DNA from: an uncultured Halobacteria archaeon
GTDB lineage: Archaea; Halobacteriota; Syntropharchaeia; Alkanophagales; Methanospirareceae
DNA length: 22,431 nucleotides
Reading direction: 5' to 3'
NCBI GenBank assembly: GCA_964473145.1
Contig: CAYYNW010000011.1
Span: 1 to 22,431 of the forward strand
The notes beneath the pieces were generated by a model. The model was given only the letters and a program-made list of their open reading frames with translations, did no database searches and had not been told where the DNA came from. This document shows positions 15,244 through 22,431 of the stretch, piece after piece; positions within the stretch are counted from its first letter, which is position 1, and every line of letters starts with the position of its first letter. The position numbers and the translations under genes were made by a program.

Positions 15244-16161
15244 ATGCCAGAAGTATATAGCCAGTTGATGAAGGAGATAACAGAAGGCCGATTCGTCTTT
15301 ACCGGCGAGCTGGAGCCACACAAGGCGGGCGACGTGAACGATCCAATCCAGGCGGCGAAGGAGTTGGTGGGCCTCGTTACGGCCTGTAACGTGACGGACA
15401 ACCCCCAGAGCTTCGCGTACGTCAGCAGCCTGGCCGCGTCGTACAAGATCCAGAAAGAGACGGGGATGGAGTGTGTCTACCAGCTCCGGTGCTCGGACAG
15501 GAATCGCATGGCGCTCCTATCTGATATCCTCGGCGCGGGCACGCTGGGGATCAAGAACATCTTAGCCTTAGCGGGCGATCACGTCTCGCTTGGCGATACC
15601 AAGGACGCAAAGCCGGTCTTCGATCTCGACTCCACCACCTTGATCCATCTGATCCGCGAGATGGTGGACCACGGCAAGGACCTCGCGGGTAACGAGATCC
15701 ACAACCCGCCGAAGCTGCACGTCGGTGGCGCGGCAGCGCCGGGCGCGGCGCACTTGAAGTCCGAGGTCGGGAAGGTGAAGCGAAAGATCAAGGTGGGTGT
15801 CGAGTACATACAGACGCAGGTGGTGTACTACCAGGATATTCTGGACAAGTTCTTCAAGGAATTGGGGCCCGTAAATACCCCGATTCTGGTCGGCATCTTC
15901 CCGGCGAAGAGCTTTGGCGCCGCGGACTTCTTCGACAAGTACGTGGCAGGCGTGGACGTCCCGCCGGACTATCTCGCGGCATTGAAGAAGACGCAGGATA
16001 TCAAGGACAAGGAGAAGAAGAAAGAGGAGATCGACCGGATCAACATCGAATTTTTCACCAGTTTCCTGGAGTACCTGAAAGGGACGCCGGCTGCGGGCTG
16101 CCACATGATGGCCGTGGGCTATCCGCGGATCATCGCACCCCTGAAGAAAGTAATGGTGTAA
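15244..16161 (+). CDS. metF: Methylenetetrahydrofolate reductase MetF-like
   Basis: 305 aa. The segments FVFTGELEPHK, ACNVTDNPQS, YQLRCSDRNRMAL, NILALAGDH and IQTQVVY fit the MetF TIM-barrel family. An aggaggag SD is present. The gene starts 12 nt after metV. Confidence 0.88.
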   Translation: MPEVYSQLMKEITEGRFVFTGELEPHKAGDVNDPIQAAKELVGLVTACNVTDNPQSFAYVSSLAASYKIQKETGMECVYQLRCSDRNRMALLSDILGAGTLGIKNILALAGDHVSLGDTKDAKPVFDLDSTTLIHLIREMVDHGKDLAGNEIHNPPKLHVGGAAAPGAAHLKSEVGKVKRKIKVGVEYIQTQVVYYQDILDKFFKELGPVNTPILVGIFPAKSFGAADFFDKYVAGVDVPPDYLAALKKTQDIKDKEKKKEEIDRINIEFFTSFLEYLKGTPAAGCHMMAVGYPRIIAPLKKVMV

Positions 16162-16186
16162 AAACAAACAAACCGGGAAGGTAAAC

Positions 16187-16214
16187 GGAGGGGGCTTTTT
16201 TTTCTGCCCCTTCT
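16187..16214 (+). terminator. Hairpin with an 8-T run after metF
   Basis: ggagggggc-ttttttttct-gcccc(ttct). The T-run at 16196-16203 is the type of signal used for archaeal termination. A pyrimidine-rich tract follows, running to about 16250. Confidence 0.4.
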
Positions 16215-16423
16215 TCCTCTCTCTTCATTTCGTGTCTCTTCTTCTCCTTTCGTGGCGAATCGCCAGCAACGCCGCTGACCGCGAGTGTTAGCCGTCAATA
16301 ACTGCGCTGCGGCGCCTCACTGGGCGCATCGCTACAGGACATTTGAGCACCCTTGATCCACGAGTTCGGCACGAAAGGGCACTCAAAGAACAGCGTTGCA
16401 GCCGTGAACGGATATGAAGCGAT

Positions 16424-17377
16424 TCATTGTACGTCTCGGAGCAGCTCCTCGATCGCCATCCGGACCGCTGTTTCGGACGTATAGCGCTGCTGCCAACCCA
16501 GGTTCTGCAGTTTCGAGGCGTCGAGCAGCATCAGCGGGACATCGCCCTTCCAGCCGCGATCACCGCCGGTAAAGGAGAAGCGCGGTGTAACACCCATAGC
16601 AGCGCAAACGAGTTCGGCGATCCGCGTCACGGTGATCATGTCCGTCGTGCCGATATTGAAGATCTTGACCCGCTCCGACCCGGCTGTCGATGCCTGTGCT
16701 GGTGCGTGCAATCCCGCAAGCATCGCCTCGATGCAATCAGTAACGTAGATGTATGATTTTGTCTGGGTGCCGTCGCCGAGGATCTCCAGCTCACGGGGAT
16801 TGCGTCTTATCTTCTGAATGAAATCGTAGATGACGCCGTGCGATGACCGCTTGCCGATCACGTTGGCGAAGCGATAGATCCAGGCATTCAGCTCGAAGGT
16901 ATGGCAATAGGAAGCGATCAGTGCCTCACCGGCGAGCTTTGACGCGCCGTAGAGCGAGATGGGGAGGGTCGGGTACTCCTCGGGCGTGGGGAGCTGCTTC
17001 GCCTCGCCGTAGACCGTAGAGGTGGAGGTGAAGATGATCCTTCGCACAGAGTTGAGCCGCATGGCTTCCAGCACGTTGTAGGTCACGAGGATATTCTGCT
17101 CCAGGTGGATACGGGTGTTCTCCGCACCGAGCCGGACCTCGGGGTTCGCCGCGAGATGCCAGACCTCATCGATGCCCTCGAAGAACTCAGTGATAGCATC
17201 ATGCAAGAGGTCGACCTTGTGGAACTGGAAGTTCGGGTGACCACGGTGCGGCGCGATGAACTGCTCATTCCCGGAACTCAAGTTGTCCAGCACGATCACC
17301 TCATGATTCGCAGCCATGAGATGATCGACCACGTGCGAGCCGATGAAGCCCGCACCACCCGTGACGACGATTCTCAT
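16424..17377 (-). CDS. NAD-dependent nucleotide-sugar epimerase/dehydratase (SDR family)
   Basis: MRIVVTGGAGFIGSHVV (Rossmann GxxGxxG) and the catalytic LYGASKLAGE (YxxxK). 317 aa. Confidence 0.88.
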   Translation of the reverse strand: MRIVVTGGAGFIGSHVVDHLMAANHEVIVLDNLSSGNEQFIAPHRGHPNFQFHKVDLLHDAITEFFEGIDEVWHLAANPEVRLGAENTRIHLEQNILVTYNVLEAMRLNSVRRIIFTSTSTVYGEAKQLPTPEEYPTLPISLYGASKLAGEALIASYCHTFELNAWIYRFANVIGKRSSHGVIYDFIQKIRRNPRELEILGDGTQTKSYIYVTDCIEAMLAGLHAPAQASTAGSERVKIFNIGTTDMITVTRIAELVCAAMGVTPRFSFTGGDRGWKGDVPLMLLDASKLQNLGWQQRYTSETAVRMAIEELLRDVQ

Positions 17378-17429
17378 CTTCTCACTATTCGGGTTACCGC
17401 GAAGCTGGTAGAGAAGAAGCCGCAGCTCG

Positions 17430-18296
17430 TTATAAAGCTTCCGATTCGGGATTGGCCGCGGCAGGATAGGAGCCGAGGAGTTTCAACAGGGTGACGTGCT
17501 GGTCCAGCGCATGCACTGCTGCGGTGATCTGCTCGTCCTCGATGTGCCCTTCACAATCGATATGGAACATGTAGTCGCCCAGCGCGCGTTTGGACGGGCG
17601 CGACTCAATCTTCGTGAGATTGATGCCGCGGTGCGCGAACTCGCCGAGCGCATGGTACAACGCGCCGGGACGATCCTTGAGAGCGATGAGCAGTGAAGTC
17701 TTATCTCTGCCGGTTGGCGCGGTTGCGACTCCACTAGGGGTGAGCACGATGAAACGCGTAACGCTAGCCTTATCCTGGATATTCCGTGCGAGTATCTGGA
17801 GCCCATATTTCCGCGCCGCGGCTTCGGAGGCCAGCGCGCCGATCGCATCGATCTCCTTAGCCAGTTGCGCGGCTCGCGCCGTGCTCTCCACCGCATTCAC
17901 CGTGATCCCTTGAACCCGTAATCGCTCGCGTATGAACTGCTTACACTGCGCCATCGCATGGGGATGCGAGAGTACCGTACGCAGCTTCTCGACGGAGTCC
18001 TGGGCCAGGAGGCAGATACGGATCGGTACCAGCAACTCACCAACGATCTGCAGCTGCCCGATAGGTTCAGTGGAGAGGATATCCAGCGTCTCACCCACCG
18101 AGCCTTCCAGGGAATTCTCGACCGGCACAATGCCGTAGGCTACCTCGTGTCGAACAATGCTCTCAGCCACATCGATGATCGTCTCGAAGTAGGTGAGCTC
18201 TGTCCTATCACGAGTTTCTTGATTCCGTTCCGCGAGCCAGCGCAGCGCAGCGGTTTCTGAGAACGTCCCCTCTGGGCCTAATACGCCGAGTTTCAT
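17430..18296 (-). CDS. pheA: Prephenate dehydratase (PDT plus ACT domains)
   Basis: MKLGVLGPEGTFSETAA, SVTRFIVL (TRF motif), and an ACT domain containing PGALYHALGEF and LTKIESRPSK. The start is set at ATG 18294-18296 rather than the upstream ORF extension. Confidence 0.9.
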   Translation of the reverse strand: MKLGVLGPEGTFSETAALRWLAERNQETRDRTELTYFETIIDVAESIVRHEVAYGIVPVENSLEGSVGETLDILSTEPIGQLQIVGELLVPIRICLLAQDSVEKLRTVLSHPHAMAQCKQFIRERLRVQGITVNAVESTARAAQLAKEIDAIGALASEAAARKYGLQILARNIQDKASVTRFIVLTPSGVATAPTGRDKTSLLIALKDRPGALYHALGEFAHRGINLTKIESRPSKRALGDYMFHIDCEGHIEDEQITAAVHALDQHVTLLKLLGSYPAAANPESEAL

Positions 18297-18443
18297 CCCG
18301 TTGTTACGGCTACTTTCATGCTGCGGGCATAAATAGCACGGTAACTGCGAAAGAAAGCGATTGAGGAGCGCCCATTCCACTGCATCGAACGAGCGATCCA
18401 GGGCGTTGCAAAGCCCGGTGGGGGAAGCGAGCGTAAGGGCGGC

Positions 18444-18451
18444 TTTATATA
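18444..18451 (+). promoter_or_regulatory. TATA box (tttatata) upstream of tRNA-Thr
   Basis: A consensus-like archaeal TATA element lies 45 nt upstream of the mature tRNA 5' end, consistent with a short leader. Confidence 0.45.
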
Positions 18452-18495
18452 CGAAGAGCCCTGTATCTTACTGGTGGTGCCGTGGGGAACCGAGC

Positions 18496-18568
18496 GCCCT
18501 GGTAGCATAGTCGGCAATGCGCCACCTTGGTAAGGTGGAGATCGCGGGTCCAAATCCCGCCCAGGGCT
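18496..18568 (+). tRNA. tRNA-Thr (anticodon GGT)
   Basis: 73-nt cloverleaf: GCCCTGG-TA-GCAT-AGTCGGCA-ATGC-G-CCACC-TTGGTAA-GGTGG-AGATC-GCGGG-TCCAAAT-CCCGC-CCAGGGC-T. All stems are Watson-Crick paired. Confidence 0.92.
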
Positions 18569-18868
18569 TACTGGATTGGCGCTAGAGTCTTATCTTGCGA
18601 CTACAGCGGTGATAGCTGAGCTCCCCAGTAGACCCTTGAGCAGTTCCCGATACGTTTAACTAGGGGTATAACCAAGAGATCACTCGTCGTAGTTCCGAGA
18701 GGTGCGCGGCGAACTATGAGCCGGCGTAGTCTGGGGTGTAAATTGCTCATTGGTGCGATTCCACTGGCAGAGCAGTATACACAGAAGTACATAGTTCAGC
18801 TCACCGAGGAGCAGTTCCGGACTCACGTGCCGCTCGATGGGAACCTTCATATCCTGCCGGAGTGAGCG

Positions 18869-19126
18869 ATGGCTGGCGAAGAGGCATTTATCCCTGCGGA
18901 CGAGATGCTGACCGAAGCATTTGCCGCGAATGCGGAGCAGAAGTGCCGTAAGGTGCGGCTGGTGAAGAGAATGCCCATGCTGCTTGCTGATGAGTCAGAG
19001 CCGCTCCAGACCATTCTCATCTGCCGTGATCCTGGAGAGCGGATCTTGATCGTGAAGGAGTTTGACCGGCCGCGTAAAGGTAAACGATCGAGTCAGCTCA
19101 GCAGTACAACCGGTTCACGCCGTTGA
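18869..19126 (+). CDS. Hypothetical small protein; may be the distal part of a TGA-interrupted ORF
   Basis: 85-aa ORF with no recognisable motif. It is in frame with an upstream 49-codon ORF (18716-18865) and separated from it by a single TGA. The 3' end overlaps cimA convergently by 29 nt. Confidence 0.2.
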   Translation: MAGEEAFIPADEMLTEAFAANAEQKCRKVRLVKRMPMLLADESEPLQTILICRDPGERILIVKEFDRPRKGKRSSQLSSTTGSRR

Positions 19127-20579
19127 TGAGCGCAAGTACCGAAGCAATCACGATATCCTCGCTTACTCCGCTCGCCGTGATCATCCGATCGCCCCGGCTG
19201 ATCTTCACGATCACGTTGACCAGCGCATCCGTGCCGCCGGTGATCGCATCGACGTGGTATTCCTCGAGCCGGAGATCGTCCATCGCCATCCCGGACATCG
19301 CCTTCCTCAGCGCGTTGATCGCCGCATCCACCGGTCCGACACCCACGCCCGCTTCGATCACATCCTCGCCATCGATCTGCAAGCGGATTGAGGCAGTCGG
19401 CCGTACATTCTTGCCGGCGACCAGCGAGAGGTCAATGAGCTTGATCTTCTCCTCTCGCTCGAGCTTCAGCACATCCTCCACGATCGCCTGCACGTCGGTA
19501 TCCGTGACCATTTTACCTTTGTCGCCCAGCTCCTTCACCCGAGCCACGATCTTCAGCGTCTGGTCCTCGTCGGCCGCGATGCCGAGCTCCTCCAGGATAC
19601 GTTTCACGGACGCCTTCCCGGTATGCTTCCCGAAGGTGAACCGCCGCTTTCGACCGACGATCGCGGGATCCAGCGGCTCATAAAGGCTCGGATCCGCCAG
19701 AGTGCCGTGGACGTGCATCCCGGACTCGTGCGTGAAGGCGTTATCGCCCATGAGCGGCTTGTTCGGCGCGATCGGCATCTTGGTGACGCTCCGGACGAAC
19801 CGCGAAGTCTCGTACAGCTTCTCCTTCACGATTCGCGTCCGTAGGCCATAGAGCAGCTCGAGGGCCGTGGCCACCTCCTCCAGCGAGGCATTACCTGCGC
19901 GCTCGCCCAGCCCGTTCACCGTCACATGGACGCACGAGGCGCCCACGGAGACGGCGGCGATGGTATTCGCCGTGGCCAAGCCGAAGTCGTTATGGCAGTG
20001 CACCGCGACGGGTGTCGTGAAGGTGCAGAGCGGCTGAAAGAGCTCTTTCGCACGCTCGGGATACAACACCCCGACGGTGTCGCAGAAGCATAAGCGGTCA
20101 ACGATGGGCGCGAGGGTGGCGAAGAAGGACTTGAGAAATGCCGGATCTGCGCGCGACGCGTCCTCTGAGCTGATCTCCACCTTTAAGCCATGCGCTTTCA
20201 CGTACTCCGCCATCTCGATCGTCCGCGCGAGCAGCGTCTCCCGATCCAGCTTTAGCTTCTTCTTGATATGGGAGTCTGAGACCGGAGCGACGAGGTTGAT
20301 CCGGTGAACATCACAGGCTATCGCGGGATCAATATCGCCCTGCAAGAGTCGAGCAAACGAGCAAATTTCTGCCTTGAGCCCTTCGTTCGCAATCAGCTTA
20401 ATTGCCCGCTGCTCACCCTCTGAAATGATCGCCGTGCCCGCCTCGATCACATCCACGCCGAGCAGATCCAGCTGCTTGGCGATCTGCAACTTCTGTTCCG
20501 GCGTTAATGAGACCCCGGGGGTCTGCTCGCCATCACGAAGCGTCGTATCAAAGACCTCGATCGTTCTTGCTTCAGCCAT
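19098..20579 (-). CDS. cimA: (R)-citramalate synthase / 2-isopropylmalate synthase family; CimA-like
   Basis: VFDTTLRDGEQTPGVSLT, VHCHNDFGLATANT and GLGERAGNASLEE. The C-terminal LeuA-dimer regulatory domain contains GVGPVDAAINALRKA and GGTDALV. Length and sequence closely follow archaeal CimA as I recall it. Confidence 0.85.
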   Translation of the reverse strand: MAEARTIEVFDTTLRDGEQTPGVSLTPEQKLQIAKQLDLLGVDVIEAGTAIISEGEQRAIKLIANEGLKAEICSFARLLQGDIDPAIACDVHRINLVAPVSDSHIKKKLKLDRETLLARTIEMAEYVKAHGLKVEISSEDASRADPAFLKSFFATLAPIVDRLCFCDTVGVLYPERAKELFQPLCTFTTPVAVHCHNDFGLATANTIAAVSVGASCVHVTVNGLGERAGNASLEEVATALELLYGLRTRIVKEKLYETSRFVRSVTKMPIAPNKPLMGDNAFTHESGMHVHGTLADPSLYEPLDPAIVGRKRRFTFGKHTGKASVKRILEELGIAADEDQTLKIVARVKELGDKGKMVTDTDVQAIVEDVLKLEREEKIKLIDLSLVAGKNVRPTASIRLQIDGEDVIEAGVGVGPVDAAINALRKAMSGMAMDDLRLEEYHVDAITGGTDALVNVIVKISRGDRMITASGVSEDIVIASVLALINGVNRLYC

Positions 20580-20777
20580 AGCCGGTCAGTCTCCCCTCTT
20601 CAAGGTAGTTCTGAATCGTATCTTATAACCCGTACCATTTAAAGGTTCTAAGCTCCTCACCTCATTTCCTCAGTCCCCGAGCATGACTGCAGGCTCCTTG
20701 CCTTGAGTGCTTCGACCCTGCAATGGCGGACTCACGTGCAGCCGGGGAAGGGGCGATCGTGAAGTTTCACAAGGTTC

Positions 20778-20785
20778 TTATAAAT
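20778..20785 (+). promoter_or_regulatory. TATA-like element (ttataaat) upstream of the di-iron protein gene
   Basis: It is centred about 24 nt upstream of the ATG at 20805, a spacing typical of a leaderless archaeal mRNA. This argues against the ORF-track start at 20784, which lies inside the element. Confidence 0.4.
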
Positions 20786-20804
20786 GGCGGGCGTATTGTA
20801 CGCC

Positions 20805-21347
20805 ATGGAAACACCGCAGAATTCACCTGCTGGTATACGGGGGCAGGATACCGATTTGATCCGGCCGCCGATGCGGGTTGCGGACATCAAGCTCCGGGGC
20901 CAGGGGATGGCGCCTGATCGGTTAGCGGGCATTAAACGGGGCTTACGCACGCTGCACGCCGCGGAGACCATGGCCGTCAACGTCTATAAGTTCGAGCTCA
21001 CGAGCGAGGCGAACGAGCTCAATCGGCTCCTGGTCGCGGCGATGGCGAACGAGATGACCCACCTCCAGGATTTCCAGATCAAGCTCTACGAGTACGGATG
21101 GAAGCCGAGCAAGTCACGCTGGCTCAACTGGCTTGTCAGTGCGGTCTTTGGTTACGTCTCGCGGCTGCGTGGGCCTAAGGCGATCCTCGAAACGGGCATG
21201 TGGGTGGAGACGAAAGCCTGCCACCACTACGACGAGCTACTCAAGACCGTTGCGTGGGATGAGGATACTCGCAAGATAGTCGAAAAGGACCGAGCGGACG
21301 AGGATGAGCATATCGCCCGGTGGCAAGGGCAGCTCCAGAAAGCATGA
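20805..21347 (+). CDS. Ferritin-like di-iron protein, COQ7/demethoxyubiquinone-hydroxylase-like family
   Basis: The four-helix di-iron signature is present: AAETMAV, ANEMTHL (ExxH), WVETKA, ADEDEHI (ExxH). The exact start is uncertain (20784, 20805 or an internal Met). Confidence 0.65.
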   Translation: METPQNSPAGIRGQDTDLIRPPMRVADIKLRGQGMAPDRLAGIKRGLRTLHAAETMAVNVYKFELTSEANELNRLLVAAMANEMTHLQDFQIKLYEYGWKPSKSRWLNWLVSAVFGYVSRLRGPKAILETGMWVETKACHHYDELLKTVAWDEDTRKIVEKDRADEDEHIARWQGQLQKA

Positions 21348-21443
21348 GCGGCTAGCCGTGATGAGGCGAAGTAAGCGCAGTGTCCTGCGAATCAGGTTGT
21401 GCCGCGTTAAACCCCGTTAAGAAGACGCTCATAGTGGTGACTT

Positions 21444-21830
21444 GTGAAGGCACTCATCATTTCCATTTCGAAGCATCAGGGGAATACTGAAACGATAGCA
21501 CGTGCCATGGCCACGGCAACTGCAGGCCAAGCTCTTGAAGCTGCCTGAACCGGAGTTCCCTCCGCTCGAAGAGTACGACCTGATCGGGTTCGGCTCGGGT
21601 ATTTACTGGGGCAAGCATACTCAAGGGCGCCTTATTCGTGTTCGGCGTTTACCGCCGCGGCAACGTTTGTCCGCGAAGATGTAGAACGATCCGAGCAAGT
21701 CGCTTGACCTCATTCCTTCGTGCACGGGAAGATCCCGCAGGTGGCCCTCAGCGGAACAGAGGCTGGCCGAAGTTACCACAGCTCCTTTACCTTTGCGACC
21801 TCCACGACTAGAGAGATTATTAATGACCTG
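21444..21830 (+). pseudogene. Flavodoxin-family protein, disrupted by several frameshifts
   Basis: A GTG start with a ggtga SD opens VKALIISISKHQGNTETIARAMA...* in one frame. The sequence continues as ...EEYDLIGFGSGIYWGKH in a second frame (ORF 21502-21684). KGALFVFG follows in a third frame, and SFVHGK...SGTEAGR... follows in the first frame again. Confidence 0.6.
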
Positions 21831-21852
21831 GTTACCAATCAACTCAGCGACG

Positions 21853-22431
21853 ATGAAGCGACTGGCAGAACTTGATGCGGTACTTATCACCAACGCGGAG
21901 CTGAAAGCAGCGATCGAGGCGATTGGCTGGCGGCAATTCATCGCGGAGATACAGAAGGGCTTCGTCCAGAGCTCGCTGGGCTACAGCGTCACGCCGCCGA
22001 AGGTCTACGTGAACACGCCCGTCTCGGATATGCGGTGCATGCCCTCGTATTTGCCGAAGTACAACCCGCGATACTGTGGCGTGAAGATCGTCTCGGTCGC
22101 GCCCCAGAATCGAGCCTGTGGTTTGCCCTGTGTGCTGGGCGAATACCTGCTCCGTGATGCGGAGACCCAGCAATTACTCGCCATTCTGCAGGCCGAGGAG
22201 ATGACTGCGTACCGTACGGGCGCGGCTACGGGCGTGGCGACTGACGCGCTGGCGCGCCGGGATTGCGCGACGCTGGGAATAGTAGGCACGGGAAAGCAGG
22301 CGTACTATCAGGCGAAAGCGATACTTACCGTTCGACCTTCGATTGCGCGCATTAAGCTCGTTGATCGCGCGAAGGATCGTGCGATCGCCTTCAAAGCGCG
22401 TTATGAGCGTGAATTCGGGGTTGATACGGCC
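21853..22431 (+). CDS. Ornithine cyclodeaminase/mu-crystallin family dehydrogenase (archaeal alanine-dehydrogenase-like), 5' partial; continues past the window end
   Basis: This frame is open to the window end and is not in the ORF track. It reads MKRLAELDAVLITNAELKAAIE...PPKVYVNTPVSDMRCMPSYL...EEMTAYRTGAATGVATDALARRD...LGIVGTGKQAYYQAKA. An alternative in-frame ATG lies at 21823. Confidence 0.8.
   Translation, partial: MKRLAELDAVLITNAELKAAIEAIGWRQFIAEIQKGFVQSSLGYSVTPPKVYVNTPVSDMRCMPSYLPKYNPRYCGVKIVSVAPQNRACGLPCVLGEYLLRDAETQQLLAILQAEEMTAYRTGAATGVATDALARRDCATLGIVGTGKQAYYQAKAILTVRPSIARIKLVDRAKDRAIAFKARYEREFGVDTA

Noticed and set aside
18293-18553. The 86-aa ORF on the minus strand upstream of pheA
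   Set aside because: It overlaps the tRNA-Thr gene and its promoter. Its composition is not protein-like. The pheA start at 18296 fits the conserved GPEGTF N-terminus.
18640-18780. A possible tRNA fragment or ncRNA 3' of tRNA-Thr, suggested by a T-loop-like ggtgcgattccac
   Set aside because: No cloverleaf or extended stem could be built. There is no similarity to the 3' half of the adjacent tRNA-Thr that would mark an att duplication.
18863-18865. The in-frame TGA read as selenocysteine
   Set aside because: No SECIS-like structure is evident by eye and no known selenoprotein family is involved. A nonsense mutation or two separate small ORFs are simpler explanations.
366-20628. Many long ORFs antisense to, or out of frame with, the called genes. 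Examples are 366-908, 1189-1578, 8216-8704, 9013-9516, 9826-10692, 10723-11160, 11740-12621, 15568-16167, 17483-17896, 19123-19683 and 4741-5115.
   Set aside because: These are typical shadow ORFs of GC-rich coding DNA. They are Arg/Pro/Ser/Ala-rich, carry no recognisable motifs, and each fully overlaps a gene with strong family signatures.
1-22431. CRISPR arrays, integrases, transposases and IS terminal inverted repeats
   Set aside because: No regularly spaced direct repeats were found anywhere. No ORF shows recombinase or transposase motifs. The AT-rich islets therefore cannot be labelled mobile elements on this evidence.

Overview
GC-rich archaeal chromosomal segment. Evidence for archaeal origin: an XPB-Bax1 helicase/nuclease pair, Trm1, MptA, archaeal-style tRNAs without encoded CCA, and BRE/TATA-like promoters. 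Most of the window is housekeeping or energy metabolism. This includes a frameshifted phenylacetate-CoA ligase, trm1, mptA, and a two-subunit [NiFe] hydrogenase with its maturation protease. It also includes a divergently transcribed metV-metF pair, an epimerase, pheA, cimA, a COQ7-like di-iron protein, a decayed flavodoxin and a partial OCD-family dehydrogenase, plus tRNA-Met(CAT) and tRNA-Thr(GGT). The accessory content sits in two visibly AT-richer islets on either side of the GC-rich bax1 gene. Islet 1 (about 3031-4740) splits the normally contiguous xpb-bax1 pair. It carries a HicB-like gene, a truncated HicA-like remnant, and a 400-aa single polypeptide fusing a DarT-type (DUF4433) ssDNA ADP-ribosyltransferase domain to a DarG-type macrodomain. 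Islet 2 (about 6343-7850) carries an overlapping HicB-like/DUF4365 gene pair and, divergently, a Panacea (DUF4065) antitoxin-like gene followed by a 34-aa RelE/ParE-like stub. The fused DarT-macrodomain gene wedged inside the XPB-Bax1 module is the best candidate for an undescribed system. The HicB-DUF4365 pair is second. No CRISPR array, integrase or transposase was seen. All calls rest on reading motifs by eye, not on database searches.
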